Below are positions 17,100 through 19,913 of a stretch of DNA of 19,913 bases, one piece after another. The notes under the pieces are model-generated. The model did not search any database. It was not told the DNA's origin and saw only the letters and a program-made list of their open reading frames with translations. The position numbers and the translations under genes were made by a program. Source of the stretch: Promethearchaeota archaeon (GTDB lineage: Archaea; Asgardarchaeota; Lokiarchaeia; Sigyniarchaeales; SOKP01); assembly GCA_048941015.1 (NCBI GenBank), contig JBHLNZ010000044.1, positions 1 to 19,913 of the forward strand, read 5' to 3'. The stretch's first letter is position 1, and every line of letters begins with the position of its first letter.

Positions 17100-17771
17100 A
17101 TGTCTGAAGAAATATTAAAAGAACTAGATGTTGAGAGGCTTCGAGCTGTTTTTCTCGAATATACAAGAAAGGCTTTTGCAAGTATTCCAAAAATAGATAA
17201 TCCTCGCATCCTTGACATTGGGTGTGGTACGGGTATACCCACCTTAGAGCTAGCAAAGTTAAGCAACGGAGAGATAATAGGTATTGATATTGATCAGGAT
17301 GCTTTGAATAAATTAAATCTTAAAATTAAGCAATATGGTCTTTCAAATAGGATAAAAATTTTTAATCGCTCAGTATATAATATGGAATTTGATGACGAGG
17401 TGTTTGATATCATTTGGGAGGAAGGAGTTATACACTTGCTTGATATCAAGAAAGCCTTAACTGAATGTAATAGGGTACTGAAGTTAAATGGTTATATGAT
17501 TACGGGAGAAGCGACAAACTGGGCAGATAAGAAGCTTAAACATTTTCCAGAATTTGGTTTTAAACTTTTAAAGCAAATACCCTGGGCTAAAGAGTGTTGG
17601 TGGAAGGAATATTATGCTCCTTTAGAAAATAAGATCAATATCTTACGTAAAAAATATAATAATATTGACGATATTGAAGAGATTAAACAACATTTAAGAG
17701 AAATAGAAATGGTAAAGAAAAATACATTGGGATTTGAATGTACAACTTACATAATGCAAAAAATAAAATGA
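17100..17771 (+). CDS. Class I SAM-dependent methyltransferase
   Basis: ILDIGCGTG, IIGID, FDIIWEEG, RVLKLNG and WWKEYYAPL. Confidence 0.95.
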   Translation: MSEEILKELDVERLRAVFLEYTRKAFASIPKIDNPRILDIGCGTGIPTLELAKLSNGEIIGIDIDQDALNKLNLKIKQYGLSNRIKIFNRSVYNMEFDDEVFDIIWEEGVIHLLDIKKALTECNRVLKLNGYMITGEATNWADKKLKHFPEFGFKLLKQIPWAKECWWKEYYAPLENKINILRKKYNNIDDIEEIKQHLREIEMVKKNTLGFECTTYIMQKIK

Positions 17772-17787
17772 AAAAAGGTGTCAGAAA

Positions 17788-19913
17788 ATGGACTTTATAA
17801 AAGTAAGAGGAGCAAGAATACATAACTTGAAAGATGTTGATGTAGATATTCCTAAAGGAAAGATGATACTTATTACAGGGGTATCTGGCTCGGGAAAATC
17901 TAGTTTAGCTTTCGATATTATCTTTGATGAAGGTATGAATCGTTATTTACAATCGATTGGCTTCCCCCCAAAATTTGAAGATGAAAAGCCATTTAATTTA
18001 ATAGAAGGGCTTAGTCCTACTGTAGCAGTCGAACAGAGAACAACACGAGTATTTAATCCACGTTCAACTGTTGGAACTAAGACAGGGATTTACGGTCTGC
18101 TAAGAATGCTTTACGCTACCGAAGGTGTACTAATCTGTCCAATTTGTAAGGAACCTGTTAATGATAATTTAGAATGTGATTTATGTGGAATGATCGTAGA
18201 CCGAAAGCAAATAAAGCATTTCTCTTTTAATGAACCGAGCGGAATGTGCTTAAATTGCCATGGGCGAGGTTATATTATGAAGATTACAGAGGAAATGATT
18301 GTTAAAGATAAGAACAGAACCTTGATCCAAATAACGAAAGCTGGATCAGCAGTTTTTGCCGATCAAATTCGTTTTGTAGAACAACTTCCCAAATTTTATG
18401 ATTTCGATATTAAAAAACCATATAAGGATTTACCTGATGATGTAAAACAAGTATTTTTATATGGGAGTGGTAAAAAATTACCTTTTGATTGGGATTCCAA
18501 AACATTCACAGGAATATTAGAAAGAAAGTTTGAAGGCATTATTCCACACGTTAAGCGTGCACTTACAGAATCTAAAAGTGATTATAGAAAGCATAAGATT
18601 CATAAGAATTATATGGCAAAAAGTAAATGCATTGAATGTAATGGTTATCGAATAAATGAACAAGCAAGAGAAATTAAAATAGCAGGTAAACATATTGGTG
18701 AATTGGCTATGATGAGTATCGAAGAACTGAAACAATTTTTAGAAGAGATTGGAGAGGAATATGTAAGAAGTCCTCAAGGGAACTCAATGTTAAACAGCAT
18801 TTTAGAAAGTATAGAACGGATGATTAATGTTGGTCTTTCATATTTGCATCTAAATCGCTCTTTACCAACCTTAAGTGGAGGCGAGATTCAGCGATTGGCG
18901 CTGATGATGCACTTAGATGCTGGTCTTGATTCCTTGATTTATATACTAGATGAACCTAGTATGAGTTTACATGAACGAGAAAAAGAATCACTTATTAATT
19001 TATTAAAACAACTCAGAGATTTAGGAAATACTGTTATAGTTGTTGAACATGATAAAAGGTTTATAGATGTTGCTGATGAAATAATTGATATTGGCCCTGA
19101 AGCAGGTGTTAACGGAGGCAATATAGTATATCAAGGTTCGTTAGAAGGAATAAAAAAGAGAGAAAACTCGTATACAGGTCAATTTTTAGCAGGAAAAATC
19201 AAGCTACCAGAAAAACCAGTTGAAAATCGTAATAAACTAGATAAAAATACGAAATATCTTATAATTAGAAATGCTAAAACGAATAACTTAAGAAATATTG
19301 ATGTAAAAATCCCCCTTGGAATGATGGTTGGAATTGCAGGAGTTTCAGGATCAGGAAAAAGCTCTCTCATATTAGATACACTTGTACCACTTATAGAGCC
19401 TTATTTTAAAAGAGGAAGTAAGAAATTACAAAATAAAAACGATAGCAATGGTGAAAATGAAGAAAATGGTGAAGATCTCTTAGAATATTCTGGAAGCATA
19501 GAAGGGTGGGAAAATGTGGATCAATTAATTGTAGTAAATCAAAAACCAATATCTAGAGTTAAAACTTCGACACCCTGCTCCTTTATTGGAATTTGGGATA
19601 AAATTAGAAACCTATTTGCAAGAACTCCAGAAGCAAAAAAGAGAAGTTATAAAGCAGGACATTTTTCTTATAATTCAGACAGCGGAAGGTGCCCTTCTTG
19701 TAAGGGAACAGGAGAACAAGATTTGCAAATATCGTTCCTGAGTAGTTTTACCATCCCCTGTAAGGAATGCAAAGGTTTAAGATACAAACCAGAAATATTA
19801 GAAGTTAAATATAGAAATAAAACAATTTCAGAGGTCTTGGATATGACTGTGAAAGAAGCATTAGAACACTTTAAAACACAATCAAATATATCAAATATGT
19901 TAAAAATCCTTAA
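17788..19913 (+). CDS. uvrA: UvrA-family ABC ATPase, class II (UvrA2/DrrC-like, no UvrB-binding domain), truncated by window edge
   Basis: Not in ORF track. ATG 17788 with SD AAGGTG gives MDFIKVRGARIHNLK, GVSGSGKSS, GLSP...EQ, NPRSTVGT, CPIC-x9-CDLC, FSFN..GMCLNCHGRG, LSGGEIQR, YILDEPS, VVEHD, a second GVSGSGKSS and FSYNS..GRCPSCKGTG...CKECKG. Frame is open to the window end. Confidence 0.95.
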   Translation, partial: MDFIKVRGARIHNLKDVDVDIPKGKMILITGVSGSGKSSLAFDIIFDEGMNRYLQSIGFPPKFEDEKPFNLIEGLSPTVAVEQRTTRVFNPRSTVGTKTGIYGLLRMLYATEGVLICPICKEPVNDNLECDLCGMIVDRKQIKHFSFNEPSGMCLNCHGRGYIMKITEEMIVKDKNRTLIQITKAGSAVFADQIRFVEQLPKFYDFDIKKPYKDLPDDVKQVFLYGSGKKLPFDWDSKTFTGILERKFEGIIPHVKRALTESKSDYRKHKIHKNYMAKSKCIECNGYRINEQAREIKIAGKHIGELAMMSIEELKQFLEEIGEEYVRSPQGNSMLNSILESIERMINVGLSYLHLNRSLPTLSGGEIQRLALMMHLDAGLDSLIYILDEPSMSLHEREKESLINLLKQLRDLGNTVIVVEHDKRFIDVADEIIDIGPEAGVNGGNIVYQGSLEGIKKRENSYTGQFLAGKIKLPEKPVENRNKLDKNTKYLIIRNAKTNNLRNIDVKIPLGMMVGIAGVSGSGKSSLILDTLVPLIEPYFKRGSKKLQNKNDSNGENEENGEDLLEYSGSIEGWENVDQLIVVNQKPISRVKTSTPCSFIGIWDKIRNLFARTPEAKKRSYKAGHFSYNSDSGRCPSCKGTGEQDLQISFLSSFTIPCKECKGLRYKPEILEVKYRNKTISEVLDMTVKEALEHFKTQSNISNMLKIL

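Noticed and set aside
13236-17771. Butirosin-like aminoglycoside biosynthetic cluster
   Set aside because: No carrier protein, ATP-grasp ligase, DOI synthase, aminotransferase or glycosyltransferase is present in the window.
4077-17771. Selenocysteine read-through at TGA stops
   Set aside because: The TGA-ending genes finish at lengths normal for their families, and I recognised no selenoprotein family or SECIS element.
1787-19370. Short ORF-track entries antisense to or overlapping real genes (1787, 5345, 7255, 9219, 10040, 12327, 15103, 15382, 16061, 17062, 17078, 18517, 18939, 19179)
   Set aside because: They are shadow frames of well-supported genes on the opposite strand and show no recognisable motifs.
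1-19913. CRISPR array, tRNA/rRNA, intact IS element or integrase
   Set aside because: No regularly spaced repeats, cloverleaf or GC-rich RNA gene, transposase ORF, or terminal inverted repeats with target duplications were seen.

Overview
AT-rich prokaryotic window. Archaeal-type BRE/TATA elements, frequent TTG/GTG starts, oligo-T 3' ends and the gene repertoire suggest an Asgard (Lokiarchaeia-like) archaeon; this is inferred, not demonstrated. The left part holds housekeeping and metabolic genes: a truncated enoyl-CoA hydratase, a membrane protein with a PAKK-repeat tail, pyruvate kinase and a hypothetical protein. A 1.1-kb low-coding zone follows, containing two convergent microprotein ORFs (one a 43-aa CxxC-x18-CxxC zinc finger missed by the ORF track) and short gene relics. 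Next come a Gfo/Idh/MocA oxidoreductase, an internally duplicated membrane protein, an MFS transporter, an SPL-family radical SAM enzyme, a tandem GNAT, an iron-sulfur flavoprotein and a membrane alpha/beta hydrolase. The right 7.3 kb is a tightly coupled + strand operon: PadR regulator, BtrH_N/DUF4872 Cys-His-Asp enzyme, QW-repeat alpha-toroid protein, DUF3795 Cys-rich protein, a second BtrH-like paralogue, SAM methyltransferase and a class II UvrA lacking the UvrB-binding domain. An inverted repeat overlaps its TATA box. This operon is the best candidate for an undescribed system, possibly inducible resistance to a DNA-binding or genotoxic small molecule.
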